In this document: positions 50,941-60,834 of the stretch, piece after piece | How positions within the stretch are numbered: position 1 is the first letter of the stretch | How the letters are laid out: each line of letters starts with the position of its first letter | NCBI GenBank assembly: GCA_017654855.1 | Contig: CM030336.1 | Location: 3,658,001 to 3,722,000 of the forward strand | DNA length: 64,000 nt | Source of the DNA: Podospora anserina | Taxonomy: Eukaryota | Direction of reading: 5' to 3' | Translations under genes and position numbers: made by a program | Notes under the pieces: generated by a model | The model's database searches: none | The model's input: the letters and a program-made list of their open reading frames with translations, nothing else | Told to the model about the DNA's origin: nothing

Positions 50941-51547
50941 TTTTGACTTTTTATTCCTCTTTAATATCGTTCTGTTTCCTTTAAAATGGTGTTGAAGCAT
51001 GTTTTTTGGCCTTCTTATGCTCAGAAATGCTCAAAGGTGAGGTGTCGTGATTTGGCCTTTTCACTCTAAACCGCTGCGAGCGATTTATCCTGACTGAAAG
51101 TGCTCTTCTAATCGGAGGGATGTCTTTGCAACCCAAGCAACTGTATTTTGACTGACCCCACGCAGCCCCTTTTTTACCTCCTGGTCTTGGCATCAGAGAC
51201 AGTCTCTGTTGATCCCTAACCACCCATATCAAGTCATCTTATATTACCATGGATGCAAGTTCGCAACGGTCATGTTTCTGGCTTGATTCTGCTCCCATTT
51301 GAATACTAAGGAGAAGAACGTAATGCTATGGTATGAGATGGAGAGGAACTACAGAACAGAGCAAAAGGATGACAATGTAAACCTTCACTCAGGCTGGTCA
51401 AAGCCCCTAGATGAGATCGACAGGATCGAGATTCGGTCGACTATTATGTAGACATCCTGCCCCACAAAATGACCAGCAAAAGTAAGTTAACCTATATTAT
51501 ATTATATCCCATACCTCAAAAGACAAATTAGGTCATAAGCCTTTTAA

Positions 51548-51647
51548 CTAGAAAGGCCCATTAACTCTCTTTAAAGGCCTATCGTCTGTCTTCAAAGGCC
51601 TATTCGCTATCTTCAAAAGCATAACGACCATTCTTTGAAAGCATAAT
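51548..51647. repeat. Degenerate ~21-bp tandem repeat (5 units) in an AT-rich patch
   Basis: Units start at 51548, 51569, 51590, 51611, 51633: CTAGAAAGGCCCAT, CTTTAAAGGCCTAT, CTTCAAAGGCCTAT, CTTCAAAAGCATAA, CTTTGAAAGCATAA. Confidence 0.7.
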
Positions 51648-51832
51648 TTACAATATGATATGGGTAAACCTACTTGTGTGTGTCCACTATTTTGTGGTGA
51701 GGGTGATAGGGTCATCCCCCACGCCTTGTCGCTCGTAAACTCATCTCCTCAAGAGTGAAATGCATTGGACCTTTTTCCGCTTGGGCTGCATGATCCATCA
51801 TTCTCAGCCACTGTCCTCCCTAGACGTGAACT

Positions 51833-54800
51833 CTATCTAACATGATTTATGCTTTCCTCCAGCAACTTCCGGATGTTTTGGAGGACCTCCTGACTGGGAT
51901 CAAGGACTGGCATCTCCCGCGGGGTCTCTTCCTCTCTGTAACCATATTCGCAGAGTAATTTTATACAATCGGCTTGCTTGTGTTTGTCAAGATAGCCCAT
52001 TGCACTCTCGCCGTCATTGTTCCGCACGTTGACATCCGCCCCATGCTCCACCAAAAGATGCATAACCGATGACGGGCTTACTTGCATCGCAGCCAACATG
52101 AGAGCAGTGTTGCCCTCTTGATCGCTCCGCGCGTCCAGATCCGCGCCGTTCTCGACCAAGAGACGCACAGTTGACAAGTGACCGCCATCTACAGCCCACA
52201 TGAGAGCAGTGAAGCCGCCTTCATCTCTCGCATCGATGTCAGCGCCGCGGTCGAGCAGCTCCCTGATCCGGGCATCCCTTCCATGACTCGCCGCACTACG
52301 GAGCCCCGTCCTGGTCAGCCACATGTTGTCGATCTTGAGCCTCCCCTTTTCGGGCTCCGCTAGGTACTCGTGATGGAGATCAACGCAGTCCATGACTGAC
52401 ACGCCGTTGACCGTCTTGGCCTGGGCGTCGGCGCCGCTCTCAAGCAGCAACTTGACAAAGCAGGTTCGTTTCCTCAGTATGGAAATGTGTAATGGTGTCC
52501 AGCCGTCCGGGCCGCCATGGATCGGAGCCCCGGCCTGCAACAAGGCCTCCCCCGCCTCCACCTGCCCATGGTGCGCAGCTATGTGCAAGGCGGACCACCC
52601 CCCTCTGTCCGTCAAAGACACGACGGCGCCGTGCTTAATGAGCAGGTCAACGACGGCTCTGTTTCCTAATTTTACCGCTCTGAAAAGGGCTGTGCGTCCC
52701 TCGTTGGTCTTTGAGTTCACGTCAATGCCCATCTCCAAGAGCAACCGGACCGTCGACACGTGATGCTGTCCTGCGGTGTGGTCCAACGCTGAATAGCCGA
52801 GGGGGTCCCGTGACGTTAGAATGGAAGGGTTGTGCTCGATGAGGATGCGGACGATGGCGTCAAAACCCGCAGGCGCCGCTTCATTTAGCGCCGTCCAGCC
52901 GCCCATATCGCGGATCAGACTGTTTGCCCCAAGTTGGAGAAGGCGCTCTACGACGGTTGTTTGCCCTTCTCTTGCTGCATCGATCAAGGCGGTACGGCCG
53001 TTGGGTGAGTCGGTAACGTCTATCGTGGCACCTCGCTCGGCCAGCAGCTTCACAACTTTCTCGTATCCATTGAACGCTGCTGCGTGCAGCGCCGTGTGAT
53101 GCTCTCCGCCTCGAGCATCAACATCCGCTCCGTGGTCAATAAGCAGCGTCGCGCACTCTTCATGGCCGTAGCAGCATGCCCCTTGCAGTGCGTAGCCGTA
53201 ATCACCCGCATACTGGTTTACCTGGGCTCCTTTAGCAAGCAACACTTTGATGACATCCCGATGTCCTTTGCAGGCTGCTGCCTGCAGAGCTGTCCCGTAC
53301 CGGCCGCCTACAGCATCAACATCTAGCCCTTGGGCGAGTAGCTGTCTGACTGAATCAGCCAGGCCGGCGTGGGCAGCGTAGTACAGAGCCGATGGTAGCG
53401 ACTCGACGGACCGGGAGATATCGGGATTGTGAATCCACGGCGTGTCTGGATCAAAATACCTGATGTACTTTTGAGGGGTGGTGAGAAGCTCCACGCAAAG
53501 ACAGTTTAGGTTGATGTGCACATCATTTTCCCCCAGAAGCTGTTGGGAGATGGTGGGAGACAGACCAAAGACTCTCAGGACCTGAGTGATAAGTTCAATG
53601 ACCAACAGCGACATAATTATCAGCGTGCCAGATGACTGATCAGTCGCAGCGGCGGTGGTTGCAGCGGTGGTTGTAACATGGACATGATAGGACCAGAACT
53701 GCGCAGCATATCGGGCAAGCGGGTAGGTCTTTGGGGAATTCTCTGGGGTGCCGATTTGCTGGAGGTAGACAATACACGCTTCCGCTATGCTCTGGTGTGC
53801 TGATAGTTCCGTTATATGGAAAATCTTCGCCGGCGAACCGACAATCTTGCTCCCTATAAGGTAGTCTCGGACGGACAAGTGGGCTAGCCGCAGCTCTTTG
53901 TGCGGCTCGCCTTTTGACTTGACCAGCACCACCGAGACCAGATTGCTATGCTTGTGAATGAATCTCGTTGCATTTACTAACCGTCGTCGGGGATCGTAGT
54001 GCGGCCGCGAATTTGTCCCTTGGTCAATCGCAAACACTTCGGCCATTTCGTCGAGCTTCAGGGGCCGCTTTGAGTAACACAACCATTGCAAAATATGGCG
54101 AAACCCTTGACTCCTCCTCTCTTCGACTGTCAAGAGCTCCCTTTCGTAGATCTCTTCGAGCGTGGCGGGTAAGGACTTGAGAGCTTCATCTAGTTCTTGA
54201 ATGGTATGACACCCCCACAGGACCTGAAGTTGGCAAGCAACCCATCTGAAGCTGAGGCAGGCAACAATGATCAGCTATGAAAGATACTTTTTTTTTGTTT
54301 TTTTTTTTTGGCTGGCAGCAAACTCACTTTCCGTGCGATGCTTCAATAAGGGATTCCGCAATCTTGTCTCTTTCGGGCGAATTCCAATCGCTGAACATCC
54401 CATTTTCATCTGACAGTGTTGCCAGGACATGATGTTTGACGTCCTCGCCGACACCGCTTTCAATAGATATGGTGCGGCTATCCCAGTCGCGTTTCGGAAT
54501 CTCCACACCGAGCTCGGTTCGACTCGTAAGCAGAACACGGAGTTGAGGCAGCTTCCATTGGCCGACCATGATGTTGAGGAGTTTGAGAAACTCCACCTTC
54601 TCTTTGCTTTCGTCTACGGCATCGATAACAAGATAACACGGCGAGAAAAGCTCGATGATGTTACGGAGTGTTTGGCAGAGCTCTTCCACCGTCGGCTGCG
54701 TTGTTCCATTCCGGTGTCGCTTGTATAGTGTTTTGAGGGGTTGTGTTACCGAACGATTTTGCATTTGCGCCGATAGTTGCACAATGAGCGACCGGACGAG

Positions 54801-55852
54801 TGTGTGGTGATTTTGAGATGTCGAGGCGTCTGTAAAGTCAAAGTAAAAGTAGGCGATCCCTGAAGTCGCCTGATGCTGGCAGTGATCAATGAGGTGGTTG
54901 ATTATCGTGGAGCTGGAGAGTTGTCAGTGGCCATGGTTACACACTTACTGCCAGGAAATTATTAGCTACATGCCAGAGAACAGTCTTCCCACACCCCGCT
55001 GAAAGAAAATCCTAGGTCAGCTGGCCCCCGTTTAATTTGCATATAGACCGCTCCTCCTGTCGGTAACTTCTTCACTTACCTCTGCCTTGTATCCAGAGCA
55101 CGGAGCGTAACGATTCCTTCCAGGTCCAAAATTCGTTTTCGTTGTTATCGACGAACCAGGCACCCGTGTCGTCCTTGCGTTTGGACGAGGCAATAAATTG
55201 TCTCTGGGACGGATTAGGCGGATCAAGCCAACGCAGTATCTCCTTGGAATCCTCTTTCTCGTAGAATTGGTTCATTGTATCCAAAATCCTATTGTTCTGG
55301 CGTCTGTTCCATATTAGCGTGGCTGAGGAGCATCACAGAACTGAGGTGACGCACATCAAAATGGAGGTTGCAGCTTGGTGAAGAATCTCGTTGGCTTTCG
55401 ATACATTATCGCGCAAGTCCTTCAAGGTTTTTTCCTTGAACGGATACAGTGTCCGCTTAAATCTGGTGAATAACTTGATGTTGTCCACCGGTGGATTGCG
55501 CCCGTTATCGGAACCGGTGACATGCTTGAGCTCCTCCTCGAGCGCCGTGATCCTATCACGACAAGCCTTAACTGGCCCCTCGGCCGGGGCCTCCACCTCT
55601 AGCCTACTGCCACCATCTTTGATAGCAGCGTCAAGGTTCTATTATACTAGTTAGCGAGAAAGCTCTGTGTCGCCCAGAGTAAGTACCTACCTGAAGAATT
55701 CGGGTGAGATTGTCGACCTCCTCACAAAGGAATTGGATATCCTTCTCAGCACTTTTGTAGGTCTTGTAATATTCCGTTAGACCTTTGCAGACTGCCAAGC
55801 CCGCTGTTACCAAGCCGGCAAGACTGGCAGCAAGACCGATGGTCTCAGCCAT
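51833..55852 (-). CDS. Fungal NLR: HeLo-like/SesA-type N-terminal domain + NACHT + ankyrin repeats; exons 55852-55691, 55638-55355, 55303-55080, 54998-54974, 54912-54328, 54251-51833
   Basis: MAETIGLAASLAGLV..; ILRWL..R..DTGAWF; LWIQGRAGCGKTVLCSTII (Walker A); IAYFYFDF; YLVIDAVDE (Walker B); LRVLLTSR; GNFRWVACQL; LPATLEEIY; LAHLSVRDYL; YAAQFWSYH; more than 10 TALxxAA-type ankyrin repeats. Confidence 0.92.
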
Positions 55853-56264
55853 TGGGGTCAAGGCAGAGTAAAGTTACCTACTTGCGGGAAGGGGAAGTTC
55901 GATGGTCGGGCTGAGAACACGGCTCAGGTAGGAAGGCGGCGATGCGGGGGACTCTTGGCCCATCAAGGGCAGCAGCGGGACACCCTCACCACAAAATAAT
56001 TCGGACTCAAAAGCAGGTCAACCCAACATTATATTGTAAATCATACCTCGAACTTGCTTGTTGTGGGCCAGTTATTCGGGGGCAGTGCATTGGGAGGGGA
56101 GATCGCCTGTGCGTTTTTCAGGCACAAATATACCAACATAAAAGTCTGGATTTTGTGTGGGATTTATGCCATTTATTGTGATGAAATTCGGAGACAGAGG
56201 TTGAGAGTAAAGGTTCGAGGACAGCGCAAGTAATGATAATTCTAGCTAGGTACATATGAGAAAT

Positions 56265-58316
56265 TTAGACCTTGTAGAAACCCACGCCCTTGCTCCAGGT
56301 CCCGTTCGCAAACCATGTCCCCGCCTCGGTCCAATCCAATGTATTCCCTCCTTCCCCGACAAAAGAGAATCTGAAGTATTCATCAGCCTTTCTGAACCTT
56401 GGCCAAGAAAACACCATATCCTCCAGCTTTGTCTCTGTAAACCACCCTCTAAATCGCTCCACATCATTCACCAGCACACTGATGCCCTCAATCTTCTCTC
56501 TCAGTCTTGCAACATCGTCCAACGCCGACCACTTGAAGTGGATCGTCTCCTGCTTCACTCCCATCTCCAACGTCTCAATGAACGGTGCCACCACCTCCGG
56601 CACCAAACTCCCATACTGCCCATCCCCCCTGATGGAATCATATGTCTGCAACACCGAATCGAAGCCCCATCTTGCTACCCCGTTGATAAACAACCCAACC
56701 AACAGCCCCTGAAACAGCAAGCTCGGCCTCGTCTGCATCGCCGTCCCCGGTAGTAGGAGCAAAGCAAGAACATAATGGTGAAGCCTCAGCTCCAACCCCG
56801 GCATCACCACCAAAGTCGCAATCACCGCTATCGCCCCCGCATAAAACGCCAAAAACTTCGGCAACCTCCCCTCTTGCCAAAAGTGCCACGCCTGCAACGT
56901 CCCCAGGGCAATCAGCACCCCCACAACAACCACCAGTGCCACCAACGCCCCAGGCTGCTGCCTCAGATCATGTCCCTCCAGCCTCGAAATCGGAATCCAC
57001 GCCTCGAAAGTATTATTCGTCAATCCCCCCAACCACAAGCCTCCCATCCACAGCAACGTCTTCTCCCAATTCGCCCCCTCATCCACGCCCTCCAACGTTC
57101 TCCTCCCTATCGCCCAGTACACAACCACCATAACAAACACCGCCGGCAACAACCTCCCAACCATAATCCCGACCAACTCCTGTACCAACCTCCCGCTCAT
57201 CACCTCAATATCAGGCGGATCACTCACCAAACCAACATGTAGAAAGACCCCCGTAAACCCCCCGAAGAACATCACCTTCCCACTCCGTGTCCCCGCCCCA
57301 AGCAACAAACTCAGCCCAACACTCACAATCAACTGGCCCCACCTCGCATCCCCCCTCCCACACCCCTCCACTTTCTCAACCTCATAACTCATAGGAAAAT
57401 AACTCCCAAACTGTACACTCTCCACCCCATTCTGGGTGCTATTCTCAAACCGGTAATACTCCCCCTTCAACTTCACCCTCCCACACCCCCCCTTCTTATC
57501 CGTCACCACCCCGGCATGAACCCCAGCCTGACAAACAAACGAATCACCCCTATAAACCCCCTCCCCTCCCCCAATGACATAAGCCCGGTAGTTGATCTGC
57601 TGATTCCCCACCCACCGTGGATTGAGCAGCTTCACGCCCGCACAATCCGCCGGACACCGAAAAGCCACACTCGTATTCCCAAACGGTTCACACAGTCGCC
57701 CGTCCAACCCACACTCTGCATTCCCCCCCCAAAGCGAGCTCACACAACCGAGATGCTTCACTTCTTGCCCATCGACCACCACCTTTCCTTTGGTCAACAC
57801 CACCGGCACGACAACAGTCAACATCCACACGATCCCAAACCCCACTAACAACATCCCCTTTTGCCACTTCTGGGGGAAGAGACAGTCAAGAACATCCACC
57901 AACCCCGCCTGAAGTCTCGGCAGCAGCCACGCCCTCGGTTCAATCCTCTGCGTTTTAGAAGGCGCAGGACCACCCCAAAGCCAGTCGCAATACCGGTGTC
58001 TTTTCCTCCCTTGCTGCCGCGACTTTGACTTCCTGAAGGGTCGGTTCTCGACATCAGAATCCGGGCTCGTCAGCTCGTCTAGTTCCAACCCGTCATCCTC
58101 GCTGTCAGAGTGTAAAAGTTGAGCCTCTTCGTTGCTGTTGTCATCATCATCGTCCAGATGCCGAACCTCAACACCGGATTTGCCCCCCTTTCTCAGCCCA
58201 TCGCTCGAACTGCTCGACCCACTACCGATCCTCCCATTGTCGTTGTTGCTGAAAACAACGTCGCCGTCTTCGTCAGCCGCCTCCCCAGTGTTGCGGGTGA
58301 GGGTGTTGCCGCTCAT
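56265..58316 (-). CDS. LCCL-domain multi-pass membrane protein
   Basis: CGLDG..C.PF..FRCPADC, YRGDSFVCQAGVHAGVV..KGGCG (LCCL), then several TM helices, LRLHHY, GLFINGVARWGFDS. Confidence 0.9.
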   Translation of the reverse strand: MSGNTLTRNTGEAADEDGDVVFSNNDNGRIGSGSSSSSDGLRKGGKSGVEVRHLDDDDDNSNEEAQLLHSDSEDDGLELDELTSPDSDVENRPFRKSKSRQQGRKRHRYCDWLWGGPAPSKTQRIEPRAWLLPRLQAGLVDVLDCLFPQKWQKGMLLVGFGIVWMLTVVVPVVLTKGKVVVDGQEVKHLGCVSSLWGGNAECGLDGRLCEPFGNTSVAFRCPADCAGVKLLNPRWVGNQQINYRAYVIGGGEGVYRGDSFVCQAGVHAGVVTDKKGGCGRVKLKGEYYRFENSTQNGVESVQFGSYFPMSYEVEKVEGCGRGDARWGQLIVSVGLSLLLGAGTRSGKVMFFGGFTGVFLHVGLVSDPPDIEVMSGRLVQELVGIMVGRLLPAVFVMVVVYWAIGRRTLEGVDEGANWEKTLLWMGGLWLGGLTNNTFEAWIPISRLEGHDLRQQPGALVALVVVVGVLIALGTLQAWHFWQEGRLPKFLAFYAGAIAVIATLVVMPGLELRLHHYVLALLLLPGTAMQTRPSLLFQGLLVGLFINGVARWGFDSVLQTYDSIRGDGQYGSLVPEVVAPFIETLEMGVKQETIHFKWSALDDVARLREKIEGISVLVNDVERFRGWFTETKLEDMVFSWPRFRKADEYFRFSFVGEGGNTLDWTEAGTWFANGTWSKGVGFYKV

Positions 58317-58871
58317 TTTCACCCACTAATAAAGGCTGCCGTTTGTCAAACTAACGTTGCGCAAACCAAAAAGTCATAACGGTGCTCCCAAAAAAAAAAA
58401 AAAAGGTGATGGATGACAAGACAAGCTGAAAAAAAAACAAAACAAAATTGAATCACAAATTCCAAGCAGCAGCTGGAGGTGGGTGGTGGCCAGGCCCCTT
58501 CCCCAGAGGTTCAGCTCGCTCACCCACCCCCTGATTGAGACTGAGCAAATCGGACCATACCCAACCCAACCAAACTAGGTGAGTGATATGACTAAGCCAA
58601 ACAGGGGTGTGTAAGTCAAACACCACCATCCCCAGCTCACATCAAACTCAACTCAATATTCTTTGCTCTCATATCTGTGAACCAAAAGAATGTCCTTCCC
58701 AAATCCATATCTTACAATTCATTCAAGTAGAGTTAGTTTACTTTCATATAATTACATGTCATCACATCCACAGGCCTCCTTTTCCACCCCTCCCAGAAAC
58801 CTCAAAATGACCCCGCCCCCCACCCCAATCCAATCATAACCTCATCATTTAACTCGAGACTCTCAAATCTT

Positions 58872-59826
58872 TTAAGCCTCAACAAACCCCCTCACATTCT
58901 CCAACCAAGCCAAATACTCCTTCTGCTCCTTCATATCCATGTAATCCGGCACAAACAGCGCCAGCGCAGGCGTGATGCCCCTCTCCTCCAGATACCTCTC
59001 CAGCAAGATCTGAAGGTCCTCATCCAGGCTCCCAAACGCAGGGCCAGGGTAGGCATCCTGCGCAGCATGCACCGCATCAGGGCTGCTGCTGTGTGCAAGC
59101 TTGGCGTCCTTGTAATAGTAGACATTCTCAACAACAACGGTGCCATCCTGAGCAATCGCCTCAACATTGAGCGCGCCCTTGCCGGGCTTCTCAACGACAA
59201 TGTTCAGCCGGCAGGGCATGGCATCAGTATCAGCACCACCCTCCATATCCTCCTCCTCCGCCTCCTCAGCCAAATCAGCAGCACCAGACTTGCCGTTCTC
59301 GCGGGAGTCGTTCATCTCCTCAAACTCTTCATCAGCGAGGGCGTCGTCCTCAAAGTTTTGCTCTTGGAACGAGGAGAGGTCGGCGATGGAGAAGGAGACG
59401 GTGATCCTTTTAGCAAAACTCAGTAATTAGCTTTGGCGCTCACAAGTTTTGATAGTAAAGAGAGGCATACTTTTCATTCCCAAAGTTCCTCGTCAAAAAC
59501 ACATCCTGCTGACCGGGCACGTCCTTGAGCTCAAACTGGCCATTCTCCAAGAAATCCTTGATGCTCGCCGGCAGCGTCTCGCCCTCCTTGACAGAAGTCT
59601 CAAACTCGAGCTCCGAGCTCAGCTTGGCGGCGAGCTCCTCGTCCACCTCGCCGGCGGGCGCCCGTCTCAAGGCGGATGTGGAAAAGGCGGCCGAAGCCTT
59701 TTGTGTGATGGCGAAAGAGGGGCGTGCAGCGGTGGCGGCAGCGGTTCTGACGACGGCGGGTCTGAGGGTGGAGGGGCGAGCGAGGACTCTAGGGGCCGCG
59801 CGGGCGATGGCACGGAGGGACATCAT
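58872..59826 (-). CDS. MAM33: Mitochondrial acidic matrix protein (p32/gC1qR family); intron 59470-59407
   Basis: Arg/Ala-rich presequence; LTRNFGNEK|ITVSFSIAD; YPGPAFGSLDEDLQILLERYLEERGI..KEQKEYLAWL. Confidence 0.94.
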
Positions 59827-60412
59827 TTTGTTGGAAGGTTTTGGGGGGTGAGAAGAAAAAAACAAAGGCGAGGTTGTCGATGGGAAGGGGAAAAAAAGTC
59901 GAGGTGGGATGGGTGGGAAAATTTAGGTTTACACGGGTAGGATAAGGAATTGGATAAGCTCAAGCTCTTCTCGAGTTCTCAGAAGCTGGGGAGGGAGCTG
60001 GCAGCGCTGGGTGGCCCGTGCTTTTTCGAAGTGGGATGGCACATGGATGGCGAGTTCTGGAGGGCCAAAAAAAAAACAGAAAAGTCAAAGGGAGCATGGA
60101 CCCAGGCTGGGATCCGTTGTCCAATCAGGGAAGTTATACGTCATTGATAAGAGATAAGGTGGGACCGAGAACATGCTTGAGCAAGCAATTGGAGCTCAGA
60201 ATATTGGAAAGGTTCTGTCAATTTCTAGAGAATCAAAAAAAATTCAATACCTAAACATCAAAACGCCGTTGCTTATAATCTCCCCTTTGGTATCCCGTTT
60301 GTGTAATCCATCAACGCCTTTGCCTATCCCTGTCCAGGCCAGCTGGATATTTTATCTTGCCTCCTTCTTCTCAGGTCTCTCCGAGCCAGCCTGGTGGAAA
60401 CACCACAAAGAA

Positions 60413-60451
<39 letters not shown>

Positions 60452-60495
60452 AAAAAAACCAAAAAAAAAACCAGCATTTATGATATGAAAGAAAA

Positions 60496-60834
60496 TCAGC
60501 TCCATGCCCTCGGCCTCTGACCGCCACTGCTACTAGTAGGCACCACACTCCCTCTCCTCCTGTGCCCGCTCCCGCTCCCATATCTCCCCTGATAGCCATA
60601 CTGCATCTGCTGCTGCAACTGGGCATACCCCGGCGGCGGACTGGGAATCACACTCTCCTTGCACTGCCAGCACCAATGCCTCGTCGCATCCCTCTCGCTC
60701 AGCACCCCTTCCAAACACGCCCCAAAGATGCCGTTCGCTTTTTGGGCGACCGGGCAGAGCTTTTCCGAGATAAGGACTGTATCCTCGCAGCGGCAGGACC
60801 CGCAGACCCGGACGTGGGTTGTGTAAGTGCACAT
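60496..60834 (-). CDS. Small Cys-rich hypothetical protein
   Basis: MCTY..H..VCGSC...LC...GAC...CWQC followed by a low-complexity tail; an upstream GTATGC..CTAAC..TAG 5'-UTR intron (~60909-60844) supports transcription. Confidence 0.6.
   Translation of the reverse strand: MCTYTTHVRVCGSCRCEDTVLISEKLCPVAQKANGIFGACLEGVLSERDATRHWCWQCKESVIPSPPPGYAQLQQQMQYGYQGRYGSGSGHRRRGSVVPTSSSGGQRPRAWS

Noticed and set aside
51548..51647. CRISPR-like array
   Set aside because: Eukaryotic context, degenerate 21-bp period without unique 30-40 bp spacers, no cas genes.
55080..55360. Amyloid signalling motif in the NLR, or an adjacent separate effector gene
   Set aside because: No G/N/Q-patterned HRAM, PP or sigma-like motif is visible at the N-terminus or in the linker, and the neighbours (5S, Zn2Cys6 factor, LCCL protein) are not HeLo/SesB effectors.
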